This document shows, piece by piece, positions 10,528-20,471 of a stretch of DNA of 64,000 bases. Origin of the DNA: a virus. Both the position numbers and the translations under genes were made by a program. The notes under the pieces are model-generated. The model saw only the letters and a program-made list of their open reading frames with translations. It did no database searches and was not told where the DNA came from. Position 1 is the stretch's first letter, and each line of letters opens with the position of its first letter. Location of the stretch: IMG/VR virus record IMGVR_UViG_3300009376_000001. The stretch is one strand, 5' to 3'.

Positions 10528-10685
10528 GGTCGTTTAATTTGTTGGGCTACCCTTAATGCAAAATACAAAGCAATTGTTGTAAAAAGAGTGCTTGAAATAA
10601 TTCCTACCCATACTCCTAAATAAATAGAATATTCACTTATTCGATATCCTGCATATGCAAATCCTGCGTTTACTGCCAAATACAA
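10524..10685 (-). CDS. Small membrane protein (two predicted TM segments); start uncertain
   Basis: Hydrophobic 3' part of ORF 10524..10940 fills the gap between helicase and primase; ATGA overlap with primase; TTG just after the helicase stop. Confidence 0.4.
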   Translation of the reverse strand: MYLAVNAGFAYAGYRISEYSIYLGVWVGIISSTLFTTIALYFALRVAQQIKRP

Positions 10686-10686
10686 A

Positions 10687-11952
10687 CTAAAAGTCGATAT
10701 TAGCCAAAGACATTGCAGGGACTTCACCAACGGAATTGCCAATATCACCCGAATCGGTGTTAAAAGAAATCGGATAAGATCCCGGAACTGAGCGACCAGA
10801 ACGGATAAGTGGTATAGCAACCTCTCTAATATCAGGACTATTTGCAGACCCGCCGATTGAAACCAATATATCAACAAACCTGTTGAAATCGTAACCGTAG
10901 GCAACCGAGGACGCTTGTGCAGGAGTTGCAGTACTTTCATTATTTTCTCGTTGTCTTCCTGTTTGATTTGTGACCAATACCACTACATTAGAATCAGTAG
11001 ATAAAGTTTTAAGACCTCTACAGATATTACGAATCTGCTCCCAAGACTGCGAACCATGTTCTTCATCTTGCATTAGATAAATACCATCAATAAATACGAC
11101 ATCAGGCTTATCGGTTTTAATAACAGAGGCCACTGAACTAACCGTAAACCTATCAGATGGCGTATTGGAATAGAAAACTAAATCAGAACGATCAATCTTA
11201 TTTAGATATTGTTGATAATTATCCTCTATACCAGGCACTCCATATAGCAATTTTTCATGAGATATAGGAAAACCAGAATCATAAGCTAAAATAGTATCCA
11301 CTCTGGCTTCCATATTGACCTTATTTAACTCTGGAGAAATAATAACTACTTTAAGTCCACGTAAATAGTTAGTTAAGGCAATCTTTAAGCCTAACCAAGA
11401 TTTACCTACCTTAGTATCAGCTATAATACCCACCATTTGTCCACGTAACATCATAACTGGAAAGTTATCAAATGGTTCTATGCCCCACCATAGACGTTGT
11501 TCTGAGATGCCATCAGCCCTTAATTTATATTCTTCAAATCGTTGAACAGCATCAGAATCCATTACAACACGAGAGACATCATCATGACGTTGTAAATTCT
11601 GTAACTGATGGATTAATCCCACTACCGCAGCTTCGGCATCCTTTTCAATAGCATTTTCATGGCCTGTCATAGCCAAGTAAATACCTCGCCGAACAAAATC
11701 CTTTCTAAAGACCTCAGCTATATAGTCAAAACTGTCTGTGGGGGTATATCGAAAGTTGGGGAAAGTAGCGGAAATCAGATGAAGATCTGGTGCTTTGCCC
11801 CATTGGACAATGTAATCCCAAATAAACGTGGCTTGTTCAGGATAGTAAGGAAAATGTCGAGGTGATAATCTATATTTTTGTCTTAATGTATTTAAATGTT
11901 CTGGTGTTTGTAAAGAACTTAATAAAGTACGTTCAATTTCTTCTGGTTCCAT
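10687..11952 (-). CDS. dnaB: Replicative SF4 (DnaB-like) helicase
   Basis: Walker A ADTKVGKS, ISPEL, VFIDGIYLM, LK.L, TNQ..R; directly upstream of primase. Confidence 0.85.
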   Translation of the reverse strand: MEPEEIERTLLSSLQTPEHLNTLRQKYRLSPRHFPYYPEQATFIWDYIVQWGKAPDLHLISATFPNFRYTPTDSFDYIAEVFRKDFVRRGIYLAMTGHENAIEKDAEAAVVGLIHQLQNLQRHDDVSRVVMDSDAVQRFEEYKLRADGISEQRLWWGIEPFDNFPVMMLRGQMVGIIADTKVGKSWLGLKIALTNYLRGLKVVIISPELNKVNMEARVDTILAYDSGFPISHEKLLYGVPGIEDNYQQYLNKIDRSDLVFYSNTPSDRFTVSSVASVIKTDKPDVVFIDGIYLMQDEEHGSQSWEQIRNICRGLKTLSTDSNVVVLVTNQTGRQRENNESTATPAQASSVAYGYDFNRFVDILVSIGGSANSPDIREVAIPLIRSGRSVPGSYPISFNTDSGDIGNSVGEVPAMSLANIDF

Positions 11953-11998
11953 TCAGTGCCTCTATATATGACCTCCAATCTCTTGTGACTGGGTAGCT

Positions 11999-12027
11999 AG
12001 TCTACCAAAAAGTCTAAACCAAGTCAA
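11999..12027 (-). promoter_or_regulatory. Sigma70-type promoter for the replication operon
   Basis: Minus strand TTGACT-N17-TAGACT, followed by GGAGG ahead of the helicase. Confidence 0.7.
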
Positions 12028-12042
12028 TAGGTAATTTAGTAC

Positions 12043-12297
12043 CTAATCTTCAGGACAAGTAGCAGCTTCAGCTAAAGACTTCAATGCAGTATAAAGCGTT
12101 GCAGCAGCAGTTTTAGCTTCCGCAGATAGTTCATTCCAGTACGGCAAAGTACAAGTAAAACCCGAATGAGTTATAGTTCCACCAGAACCATCAGATACTT
12201 GACTTTGATAATCAATATTTAAGCGAATACCTGTGACAGCATCCGAATCATCTCTTACAAAATCAACTAGACCAACTTTACGATTAATAACTGCCAT
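12043..12297 (-). CDS. Hypothetical protein, last gene of the tail operon
   Basis: 84-aa ORF with AGGTGG RBS. Confidence 0.6.
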   Translation of the reverse strand: MAVINRKVGLVDFVRDDSDAVTGIRLNIDYQSQVSDGSGGTITHSGFTCTLPYWNELSAEAKTAAATLYTALKSLAEAATCPED

Positions 12298-12304
12298 AAA
12301 CCAC

Positions 12305-15300
12305 CTACGGATGATTAATATGATTTTGACTGAAGTGGGTGTTCAATCCTGTAGTGTTCTTACCTGAATTAAAGACTACCATATACATCACACCACCTCC
12401 AATATTTTCCCAATTTCCGCCAGAAGTAGGGTCAATGTACTGACCAGTAGCGGTAACATGTGTATGTTTTAACGGTAACATAAGACCCGCAGTTCCGGCA
12501 CTGCTAACATTTACTGGAATAGTAAATGTCGTACTACTTGTCACAGTAATCTTATGCAATCCATCAATACTAGGACTGGAATTACTACCACCAATCCATA
12601 CAGCTTCATTACTACTGCGGTCATGGTCAAACGTAGTAGTAATTACCGTAGGATTCGCTGCGGAATTACTACTGATAGTGTAGTAACTATTGTAACCATC
12701 AGATGCACTATTCCAAGTTTGTTTTGCATTACGTGTTATTCGGACTTGCATCTGGACATTCGTATATTTACCACCACTTGTAGTCCATCGATATGGGTTG
12801 ATTATAGCTCCAGTATAGCTATTAGGAGTACTTTGACCAGCTACTTCCTCATGTCCACACCACGAAGTAAATACTAATGGTGCCGAATCCAACTCAGGCA
12901 AAACTATATTGAATCTGCCACTACTGTCCATCTGAGTAACATCTACAAACCCAGTAAACCCAGTCATAACCTCTGCATTTATCTTAGGAGTGTCAGTATT
13001 CCACTCATCATAAGTAGTCCCGCTATTAAAGATGTCTCTGTGAGCTATATATAATCCTGAACCTTCTGTAACTGTCCCTGAATTACGTAAATATAAAGTC
13101 GCTTCATCTGTACCAGGGTGAAAATCAGGAGTACCGCTACCTCGCTTATCTCTAGCGATAAATGTTAATCCTGCGCCTCCTTGAGCCACCCCGTCTTCTT
13201 CTGGATTGATACCTAAATGATCTATACGCATCAAATCCGTATCAAGTGTCTCTCTAGTATTATGATTAACGTATAATTTCCTAGTCCAGCGAAATTCATT
13301 CTGATAATTAGCTACGGAACTGCCTCCCTGAGGCATAATGCCTAATTCAGTGCCTAAAGGTGCATACTCTTCTCTACCTACAAACCTACCTGGCCCCTGT
13401 GGCATATAATCTAAGCCGTCTACTACCGCCTTATCGAGAGGTTGGAAGACGGCATTAGCAGTTTCCCGTGTCCGACTGACTAAGTCTCGCATAAGACGAC
13501 GTTCTGCCGACCCAGGTTCAGAGACAGAGGTCATATCTCTGAATAGAATAAGCTCACATCGCCACATTGAAGCTTCCGAATAAGAGCAAGATATGGAGTA
13601 AACTAGCCAAGCCTCATTATCAATAATGGGATCTAATCCAGTTATTTCGACATTAACTCGATCTCCGGCTCGCACCATCCTAGGACGCTTTAGATGTGAA
13701 TACATAGGAGGATATTGAATAGTAATCTTACATTCCCTAAAAAAGGCATTATTTTCAGGCTGTAATTGTGCCAAAAGAGAACGTGCTCTAGTTTCGCACT
13801 GTACCGAAGTAGTCAATGAAGAATCATCTACTACCCGCTCTTTAACTAATCCATAAGCATCAATACTAGTAGTATCTTCAGCTACTCCATATGCCCCACT
13901 ACGTCCACGTACACTTACTTTATTAACAAAATCTACAGGTTTTTCATTTAAAGCATATTCTGATATTGGGATAACTTGTTCTGTTTGTTGTTGATTATCC
14001 GATAAAGTAAGACCATATGTAATAGGTGTCGAATGCCTAACAGTGCCTACTTCCATGCCAGGATGCCAAAAATTCGGCCCGACCCATCCCTGTGAAATCT
14101 TGGCAGCAGATGTAGCAGGACTAGAAACATTACTACCTAGTCTAGCTCGTATATAATACGCCGTTTTGCCGAAACTTTGGTCAGTTGCATTAGCTTCTTT
14201 AATACCTGGCTGACAAGTCTTCCAATTATGAGGCTTATCAAAGGTCACTTCATAAGTACCACTAGCGGTAAAATCCCCAGTTTCATCAAATGAATTGAAA
14301 GTAGTCCAGTTATCAGTACCTTCACCAGCAAAATACTCATAAGTAATACCGGAATATCCAGCAGAGGACGAACTAAGAACGTCAGTAATGTTTAAACGTA
14401 TGGCAGAAAAGGGTTCATCCATGCCAAAGTAGATTGCATCGCCTATTTGCCCATTATCGACAGCATACACTTTTTCAGGAACAACAGTGCCAGCAGTTCC
14501 GGCAGTAGTTACATTCACTGGAACCGAAAAAGTAGAATCGGTTAAAACAGTTACCGTTCTTGTGCCGTCTATTACTGGAGTAGAGTTAGAACTAGCAATA
14601 ACTACCTTATGTCCTGTAGTTAAACCATGAGGGAGCAATTTAGCCACCGTTCCGGCAGTTCCTGCAGTAGTTACTCGTACAGAAATACTAAAAGTAGTAG
14701 TACTTAATACAGTAACCATCCAATGGTCCGAAATACTTGGAATTGAATTACTGTCCTCAATAATTACAATATCGCCAGTAGTTAAATTATGCGCTGCTGA
14801 AGTAGTAATTACCGTTTCTGTGGCAGCCGTGTTACTGCTAATAGTTAAGCTCGGACCAGTAGTAGTGACAACAGTAGGATTGGCAACAGTATTGCCTGTA
14901 ATACGTAAAGTAGTTCCAGAGGTCGATGAGCTAATCTCCTGACTATAATCCGTAAATTTAGAACCCGCACTAGCTGATGTATCATATCGATAACAATATT
15001 GCATGTCCCTTGTGGCAGTAGTTCCTTGAACAGTGGTATTAGCGTTATATACCCACGGTTCCTTGCCTCTATCAAAATATTTAAGCATACCTACCGGAGA
15101 AGTTTGTACGTCACGAAGATCTGCAACATTAGTAGGAGTACCGGAGATATAACAACGTACCCAAAAAAGAACTCTACTGCTAGGAGGAGTAGTAAATGCT
15201 GTAATAGTAGACGTATTACCCGCAGTTGTTACGTTTACAGGGATGCTAAAAGTAGTGGCAGACACCCTAGTAATAGTATGTACACCATCAATAGACGGAG

Positions 15301-17548
15301 TAGAGTTAGACCCTCTAATAAAAATTTTATCTCCTGTCTTTAAATTATGATTTTCAGTACTCCCACCTGCACCATCTGCAGAAGTGATAATAGTAGGATT
15401 AGCTTGAGTAATACTATTAGTACCCTTGCCTTGAAGGTATTTCAAAAATTTAGCAGAACGTCCAGATACCATCCCACTATAGGGATAATCATCTAGCATA
15501 TGGGATTTATCAAATTCGTCTAACTGAACGTCATGGTTAAACGTAGTAGTAGCCGAATCCATGAAAGTATCTGTATCCCAACGAACATCTGCATAATATT
15601 CTTGAAGAAGTCCAGATGCGCCAATATCTTTCTGCCATCCAGCATTGCCAGTACCGCTTAAACCTTGAGATGCAGTAATACGACTATTACATACGACATG
15701 TCCTGCCGTGCCTGCGGTAGTGACATTTACTGCAACGGAAAAAGTAGTAGCACTAATCCGTGTAACCGTATGAGTACCATTAATCGATGGAGTAGAGTTA
15801 GAACCAGAAATAGTAACAGAGTCGCCTGTATCTAAATTATGACGTTCTGTAGTAATGACCGTAGGATTCGCTAATGTATTACTAGAAATGGTCAATCCAG
15901 AAATAGTTTGCCACGGTTCGTTATCCGCTGCAGCACGGTATGCGTCATAATATTGCCATACAACATTTACATTTGAATAATTAGGAACATTTTGCTGTAC
16001 GGCATGGAACTGTACACCATTAAACGGATATTCCGATCCAAAATACCAAGTACTATTCGCATTCCCTAAAAATTTAGTAACTACACTATTAGAATTCCAT
16101 AATGCTCTATTACCTGTACCAGCATTGCCTCCATCCATATTAAGAGCAGTCCAGGTGCCTCCTGGCCCATCTCGACCCGTTGTCCATCCACTTCCAGCAG
16201 TATTATGTGTATATCTCCAGACTTCGGAGAAGAATTCCGGATCGTCGCACCTAATATCATGAAATAAATCAGGTTTAGTATATAATTCTACTGTCTGAAC
16301 TCGTGCAAATGTAGAGTTATTAACAGTACGAACATAGGTACGCACCCAATACCTATTGGTATTACGTCTATCATCGCCATGATCTACCTTAGAGATAGCA
16401 GCACTATTCACATCTTCAACTAAGGTAGTCCCAGAACTAGCCCACGGGGCTGCCCAGTTCTCTGTAGCATCATTAGCCGTATGCATATCCGGCGTAGTGC
16501 CTAAATCCCTTTTGCCCCAATTAGTTAAATTACTAATAGTCCAGTATGTAGAACCATAAGTCTTACCACTATCTAAACCAAACTCAGAATCTGCAGTAGG
16601 TGTAAAATTAGTCCAAGCAGTGCCATTCCAATACTGCCACTGCACAGTTTGAGTCTGATTAGATGCCTGAATAGTATTACCACGAGTTAAAAGTGTATAT
16701 CTTATCCCATCAAACTTAGTATTAGAGCCAAAATATAAGATATCCGTAGTTTCAGGCGTATCCGTATCTTGATATCCAGTTGGACTTACGAAGTGACTAG
16801 ACCCATCTACCACACGACGAGTTAAATCCGTCCAATAAGTACGAGGATATCGTTCAGGGTCTGAAGTATGGTTAGCATGTGAAGGGTCAGTAGGGTCAGG
16901 ATGGTAATAAAAGACCATTAAATCTTGCTGAGGGTCTTCACTAGCTAGATCATGTATCGCTTCCAGTCCTGTTTTAACGCCTCTATAGGAAAAATCATCA
17001 GGAGTATCCGAAGAAACTGTCCTATAGTTGCCTTTTTGGCTGTAATTACGAGAAATAAGTTCACTATAGGCCGACGGATCCATCTTTAACCGTCGAAGTA
17101 AAGTGCGTTCTAAATCTCCACCCGTAGTAGGCTTATAAGTATCATTTTCTAAGATCCTATTAGCTATAAAACTACGAGTAGCAGCAGTTATAGTGCCATT
17201 TGTCTCAACCGCTTCCACGGTACGGTCTGCAATATCGTCTAAAAAGTCTCTACAAGTAAGAACTAGGGTCTGCCTATGAAAATCTTCCTCAATACTGACT
17301 ACTCGCCCTAAAAATGCCACCACACCGTAGTCTTCTAATAAACGAACACGAGTCATTGGTTGATACCAACCTACACGTGACCCCTTAAGATTAGAAACTG
17401 TGACTCTTAGAACTCGACTACGATTACCGATACTATCTATTAAAGAATAATCTTTAAAATTCTTTTCAGTAATCCATTGTTCTTGTTTAGTACGGTCTAA
17501 TTTAACAGACGTAGAAAATTGAAAATTAGTACTAAGAATTGTAGGCAT
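12305..17548 (-). CDS. Large tail-tip/baseplate hub-like protein with repeated beta domains
   Basis: 1747 aa after tape measure and distal-tail-like genes; hub-like F.GRV and SI..YG..E motifs; five E1-FCCH-like repeats; three YFG..F...W.Y..W...Y.VR repeats. Confidence 0.7.
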   Translation of the reverse strand: MPTILSTNFQFSTSVKLDRTKQEQWITEKNFKDYSLIDSIGNRSRVLRVTVSNLKGSRVGWYQPMTRVRLLEDYGVVAFLGRVVSIEEDFHRQTLVLTCRDFLDDIADRTVEAVETNGTITAATRSFIANRILENDTYKPTTGGDLERTLLRRLKMDPSAYSELISRNYSQKGNYRTVSSDTPDDFSYRGVKTGLEAIHDLASEDPQQDLMVFYYHPDPTDPSHANHTSDPERYPRTYWTDLTRRVVDGSSHFVSPTGYQDTDTPETTDILYFGSNTKFDGIRYTLLTRGNTIQASNQTQTVQWQYWNGTAWTNFTPTADSEFGLDSGKTYGSTYWTISNLTNWGKRDLGTTPDMHTANDATENWAAPWASSGTTLVEDVNSAAISKVDHGDDRRNTNRYWVRTYVRTVNNSTFARVQTVELYTKPDLFHDIRCDDPEFFSEVWRYTHNTAGSGWTTGRDGPGGTWTALNMDGGNAGTGNRALWNSNSVVTKFLGNANSTWYFGSEYPFNGVQFHAVQQNVPNYSNVNVVWQYYDAYRAAADNEPWQTISGLTISSNTLANPTVITTERHNLDTGDSVTISGSNSTPSINGTHTVTRISATTFSVAVNVTTAGTAGHVVCNSRITASQGLSGTGNAGWQKDIGASGLLQEYYADVRWDTDTFMDSATTTFNHDVQLDEFDKSHMLDDYPYSGMVSGRSAKFLKYLQGKGTNSITQANPTIITSADGAGGSTENHNLKTGDKIFIRGSNSTPSIDGVHTITRVSATTFSIPVNVTTAGNTSTITAFTTPPSSRVLFWVRCYISGTPTNVADLRDVQTSPVGMLKYFDRGKEPWVYNANTTVQGTTATRDMQYCYRYDTSASAGSKFTDYSQEISSSTSGTTLRITGNTVANPTVVTTTGPSLTISSNTAATETVITTSAAHNLTTGDIVIIEDSNSIPSISDHWMVTVLSTTTFSISVRVTTAGTAGTVAKLLPHGLTTGHKVVIASSNSTPVIDGTRTVTVLTDSTFSVPVNVTTAGTAGTVVPEKVYAVDNGQIGDAIYFGMDEPFSAIRLNITDVLSSSSAGYSGITYEYFAGEGTDNWTTFNSFDETGDFTASGTYEVTFDKPHNWKTCQPGIKEANATDQSFGKTAYYIRARLGSNVSSPATSAAKISQGWVGPNFWHPGMEVGTVRHSTPITYGLTLSDNQQQTEQVIPISEYALNEKPVDFVNKVSVRGRSGAYGVAEDTTSIDAYGLVKERVVDDSSLTTSVQCETRARSLLAQLQPENNAFFRECKITIQYPPMYSHLKRPRMVRAGDRVNVEITGLDPIIDNEAWLVYSISCSYSEASMWRCELILFRDMTSVSEPGSAERRLMRDLVSRTRETANAVFQPLDKAVVDGLDYMPQGPGRFVGREEYAPLGTELGIMPQGGSSVANYQNEFRWTRKLYVNHNTRETLDTDLMRIDHLGINPEEDGVAQGGAGLTFIARDKRGSGTPDFHPGTDEATLYLRNSGTVTEGSGLYIAHRDIFNSGTTYDEWNTDTPKINAEVMTGFTGFVDVTQMDSSGRFNIVLPELDSAPLVFTSWCGHEEVAGQSTPNSYTGAIINPYRWTTSGGKYTNVQMQVRITRNAKQTWNSASDGYNSYYTISSNSAANPTVITTTFDHDRSSNEAVWIGGSNSSPSIDGLHKITVTSSTTFTIPVNVSSAGTAGLMLPLKHTHVTATGQYIDPTSGGNWENIGGGVMYMVVFNSGKNTTGLNTHFSQNHINHP

Positions 17549-17558
17549 ATGCTAAAAA

Positions 17559-18887
17559 TTAGCCCCCTGTATCAACTTGACGCATTTGCATTTCATTCTT
17601 TAATACTACAAATTCTGCAGTAAAATTCCAAATATCAGGACGACCTCCCTGATTAACAACAGATACTCTATTAAATAATCCTCGATATCTATGTCGTCCT
17701 TTATAATTTGGAGTAGGATCCCAAGAACTATAAACAGTAGTCCCTAGAGGTGGAGAAGAAGTACCTTGCTCTTCTTGGCTGGAAAAAAAGCCATCAACCT
17801 CATATTGCTTAATACCATTAACTATGTCACCTCTATTGCCAGACGAGGTAATATTCATATTAACAGTAAAAGTAGTAGCACTGGGTACTGACGCAACAGT
17901 ATATTCACCAGATAGAACAGGTGTAGAATTAGTATTTCTAATTTCGGCTCTAAGTCCCACAGCAAGATTATGCGCTGCTGATGTAGTAATCACAGTAGGA
18001 CTAGCTGCCGAAATACCTGTAATACGCAAAGGACTAAAATGTCTTCTATGAGGTTGACGTTTAGCATGCCTACTTTGTTGCCAATGCCATGCATTTTCTC
18101 CACTATGTTCTCGACCACGTGGATCATTGCTAGGCTGATCCCCTTCATACGTAGTATCATCCCCAGCATCACGAGCAGTCATCGGTCCAATAGTTAACGC
18201 TGGAAATTTATTAATATTCAACCAAGCTCTATCTTTAGTATCCTGAAAATTATGTGTAAAACCGTACTGTGCTCTACACATATCCAATAGATGTTGTCGT
18301 CGAAGATGATGACCACTGGTAGACGAAGGATGAAGTCGCCTATCAACTATTAGTCCTTGAATACTGATAACTTCTCGCATCATGCCTAAATCTATAGAAA
18401 GGGCATTTAATTGTTCAGTAACCCTAGTAGTATTTTTAGAATTCTTTCTAATACCCGGCAAAGGCATGACCCCTGTTAATGTTTGCCATGTATGAGTAAT
18501 CATGCTCGCATCAACTTCAAATTCATTAGCTAATATAAGATCTTGAGTATTACGCTGGTCTGTAGTAGCCGTTCCTTTGCCTCCTGGCGCAGAATACCCT
18601 CCTAACGTCTTAGACATAACATGAGGACTAATCGTATCTTGCCAATGATTAGACTTTTCTATGCTAGTCCAATATGTAGTAGAACTAACTTCAAGAGCCA
18701 TAGTAGGGTCAGCAGCAGCTATCGCACTAGGCTGATCCGGATAATCATACGTTCCAGCACTTTTGGCTTTACCATAAGGAGATGTTTGTAAATAAACCTC
18801 ATCCACATCAGGTCGATAAGGATCATAAGGAAAACTTAATATAAGTTTACGAGTAAGATTATTAGCTGTATTTTGATATTGGGTCAT
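17559..18887 (-). CDS. Distal-tail-like protein (paralog of 18887..20461) with one FCCH-like insertion
   Basis: Shares LGM..E.I..G..VD, R.Q.LL...R.Q, GDQPS, YRGL and GG.P..W.F..EF.V..NE with the neighbour. Confidence 0.55.
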   Translation of the reverse strand: MTQYQNTANNLTRKLILSFPYDPYRPDVDEVYLQTSPYGKAKSAGTYDYPDQPSAIAAADPTMALEVSSTTYWTSIEKSNHWQDTISPHVMSKTLGGYSAPGGKGTATTDQRNTQDLILANEFEVDASMITHTWQTLTGVMPLPGIRKNSKNTTRVTEQLNALSIDLGMMREVISIQGLIVDRRLHPSSTSGHHLRRQHLLDMCRAQYGFTHNFQDTKDRAWLNINKFPALTIGPMTARDAGDDTTYEGDQPSNDPRGREHSGENAWHWQQSRHAKRQPHRRHFSPLRITGISAASPTVITTSAAHNLAVGLRAEIRNTNSTPVLSGEYTVASVPSATTFTVNMNITSSGNRGDIVNGIKQYEVDGFFSSQEEQGTSSPPLGTTVYSSWDPTPNYKGRHRYRGLFNRVSVVNQGGRPDIWNFTAEFVVLKNEMQMRQVDTGG

Positions 18888-20461
18888 TATTCTCCATTAG
18901 CCTCCAGTTCATCAATATCTAACCCAGCATTCGGATCTATTTCTAATGTAGCAATAATAGCGGAATCATTTGTGCCATGAAAACTTATATATCCTTCACT
19001 ACCGTCATCCCAATAGATAGATTCATTGATTGCTTGACCGTTTATCGTATCGTTTTGAGTATCAGTAAAACAACCAAAACTAGTATTAATTTCATTTAAA
19101 GCACTGAAATTATTATACCGTCCATATGTAGCAATCTCCTCTGCATTACTCGTAGCAGTTGCCATCTGCTCCGCAGATAAAGCAGAATATAAACGAAAAG
19201 TATTAGTATTAGTATCTACTTTATAAATCAAATAACCACCATCAATCTTAGGCGTACTATTAGTATTCATGAGAGTAATAGGTTGAAAATTCACTAAACC
19301 TTCTTCTTCTACTACACTAATATCACCACTACTCAAATTTTTAGGTATGGCTAAATCCTGTGCAGTTCGAATTTCTATTTCAACATCAGGATTAGGACTC
19401 CAACGTTCTGTTTGAGTAGCATAATCTGAATGACCAAAACCTTCTTTAGTTCTCGGATCTCTACCTGTAGGAAAAGCAGTAGGTTCCGTTGCTCCTGTTC
19501 CCCATCCCGCTCCTCCTGTATTGCCAGAATCTGCTTCAACTAATCTAATTCTATTAACACGACATATCCCAGATTGTAAACCTTCAGCAGCAAAATTACG
19601 GCCTTGAGGATGTTCATTTTGAAATACGGTAAATTCCATATTCCAGAACCACCTATTAGGCAATCCTCCATCTTGTCTAAAAGATAAACTCTTAATTAAC
19701 CCACGATATGATAAATTCATACCAGAAGGTTGATCCCCTACGGCCCAGTTCTCTCCTTGATCACCTAACCCAGCATTTAATTCCTGATCATATATAGTCA
19801 AACATGTATAGGCACGAGGATTAAGAGGTCCGCCTGCCCTACCTCCCCACCGATTTCCACTTTGACTACGTCCAGTTTTATAATACTGTAAACGAGCAAT
19901 GTTTAATAAAACTTGTTTACGGGGATTAGTAGCTGAAATCTCTCCTTCATCTACTAAAACACCGTCTAATTTGATGGATTCAGTTCGCATGCCTAAGGCA
20001 ATAACAATATTATGTAATTGCCCAGGAGTACCAGCGTCTTGTTTAGCTCCAGTTGCATTATCAACACCAGGTAACGGAGATACCATTGTGTTGTCAGCAA
20101 CATCATGACTAATAGAATTACAACGTAATTGAAAAGCAGTTGTAGTTGGAGGTCGATGTTGTCCTCTAGCTACTAGTGTAATTTCATTATTTTCTTCTGA
20201 AATCAGCATCTGATGGGCTTTAACTGTATCTTGTGCTACCCCATTCGCATAATTCTCAATCATGCCACTATCAGTAGCTTCTTTTACTAAATCCCAACGA
20301 GGAAAATCTACAAAATATAACTTTTGATTAGACCCTACGTACTGGTTAGGAAGTCCATAAACCTTACGTAAATCTGAATCAGCTAATGCAGTTCCGTCCG
20401 GTGTGCCAGTTTCCGTCATATTAGCGTCACTAGCAGCCTGAATTGTAATCGTAATAGCCAT
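18887..20461 (-). CDS. Distal-tail-like protein
   Basis: Directly after the tape measure gene; paralogous core with 17559..18887. Confidence 0.55.
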   Translation of the reverse strand: MAITITIQAASDANMTETGTPDGTALADSDLRKVYGLPNQYVGSNQKLYFVDFPRWDLVKEATDSGMIENYANGVAQDTVKAHQMLISEENNEITLVARGQHRPPTTTAFQLRCNSISHDVADNTMVSPLPGVDNATGAKQDAGTPGQLHNIVIALGMRTESIKLDGVLVDEGEISATNPRKQVLLNIARLQYYKTGRSQSGNRWGGRAGGPLNPRAYTCLTIYDQELNAGLGDQGENWAVGDQPSGMNLSYRGLIKSLSFRQDGGLPNRWFWNMEFTVFQNEHPQGRNFAAEGLQSGICRVNRIRLVEADSGNTGGAGWGTGATEPTAFPTGRDPRTKEGFGHSDYATQTERWSPNPDVEIEIRTAQDLAIPKNLSSGDISVVEEEGLVNFQPITLMNTNSTPKIDGGYLIYKVDTNTNTFRLYSALSAEQMATATSNAEEIATYGRYNNFSALNEINTSFGCFTDTQNDTINGQAINESIYWDDGSEGYISFHGTNDSAIIATLEIDPNAGLDIDELEANGE

Positions 20462-20471
20462 TTATGATCTT

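Noticed and set aside
10686-10940. 138-aa version of ORF 10524..10940
   Set aside because: The 5' part overlaps the helicase C-terminus by about 250 nt; only the hydrophobic 3' part is plausible.
3-11952. Inteins or introns in RNR, RecA, PolA or helicase
   Set aside because: Protein lengths are normal and no splice-junction or homing-endonuclease motifs are visible.
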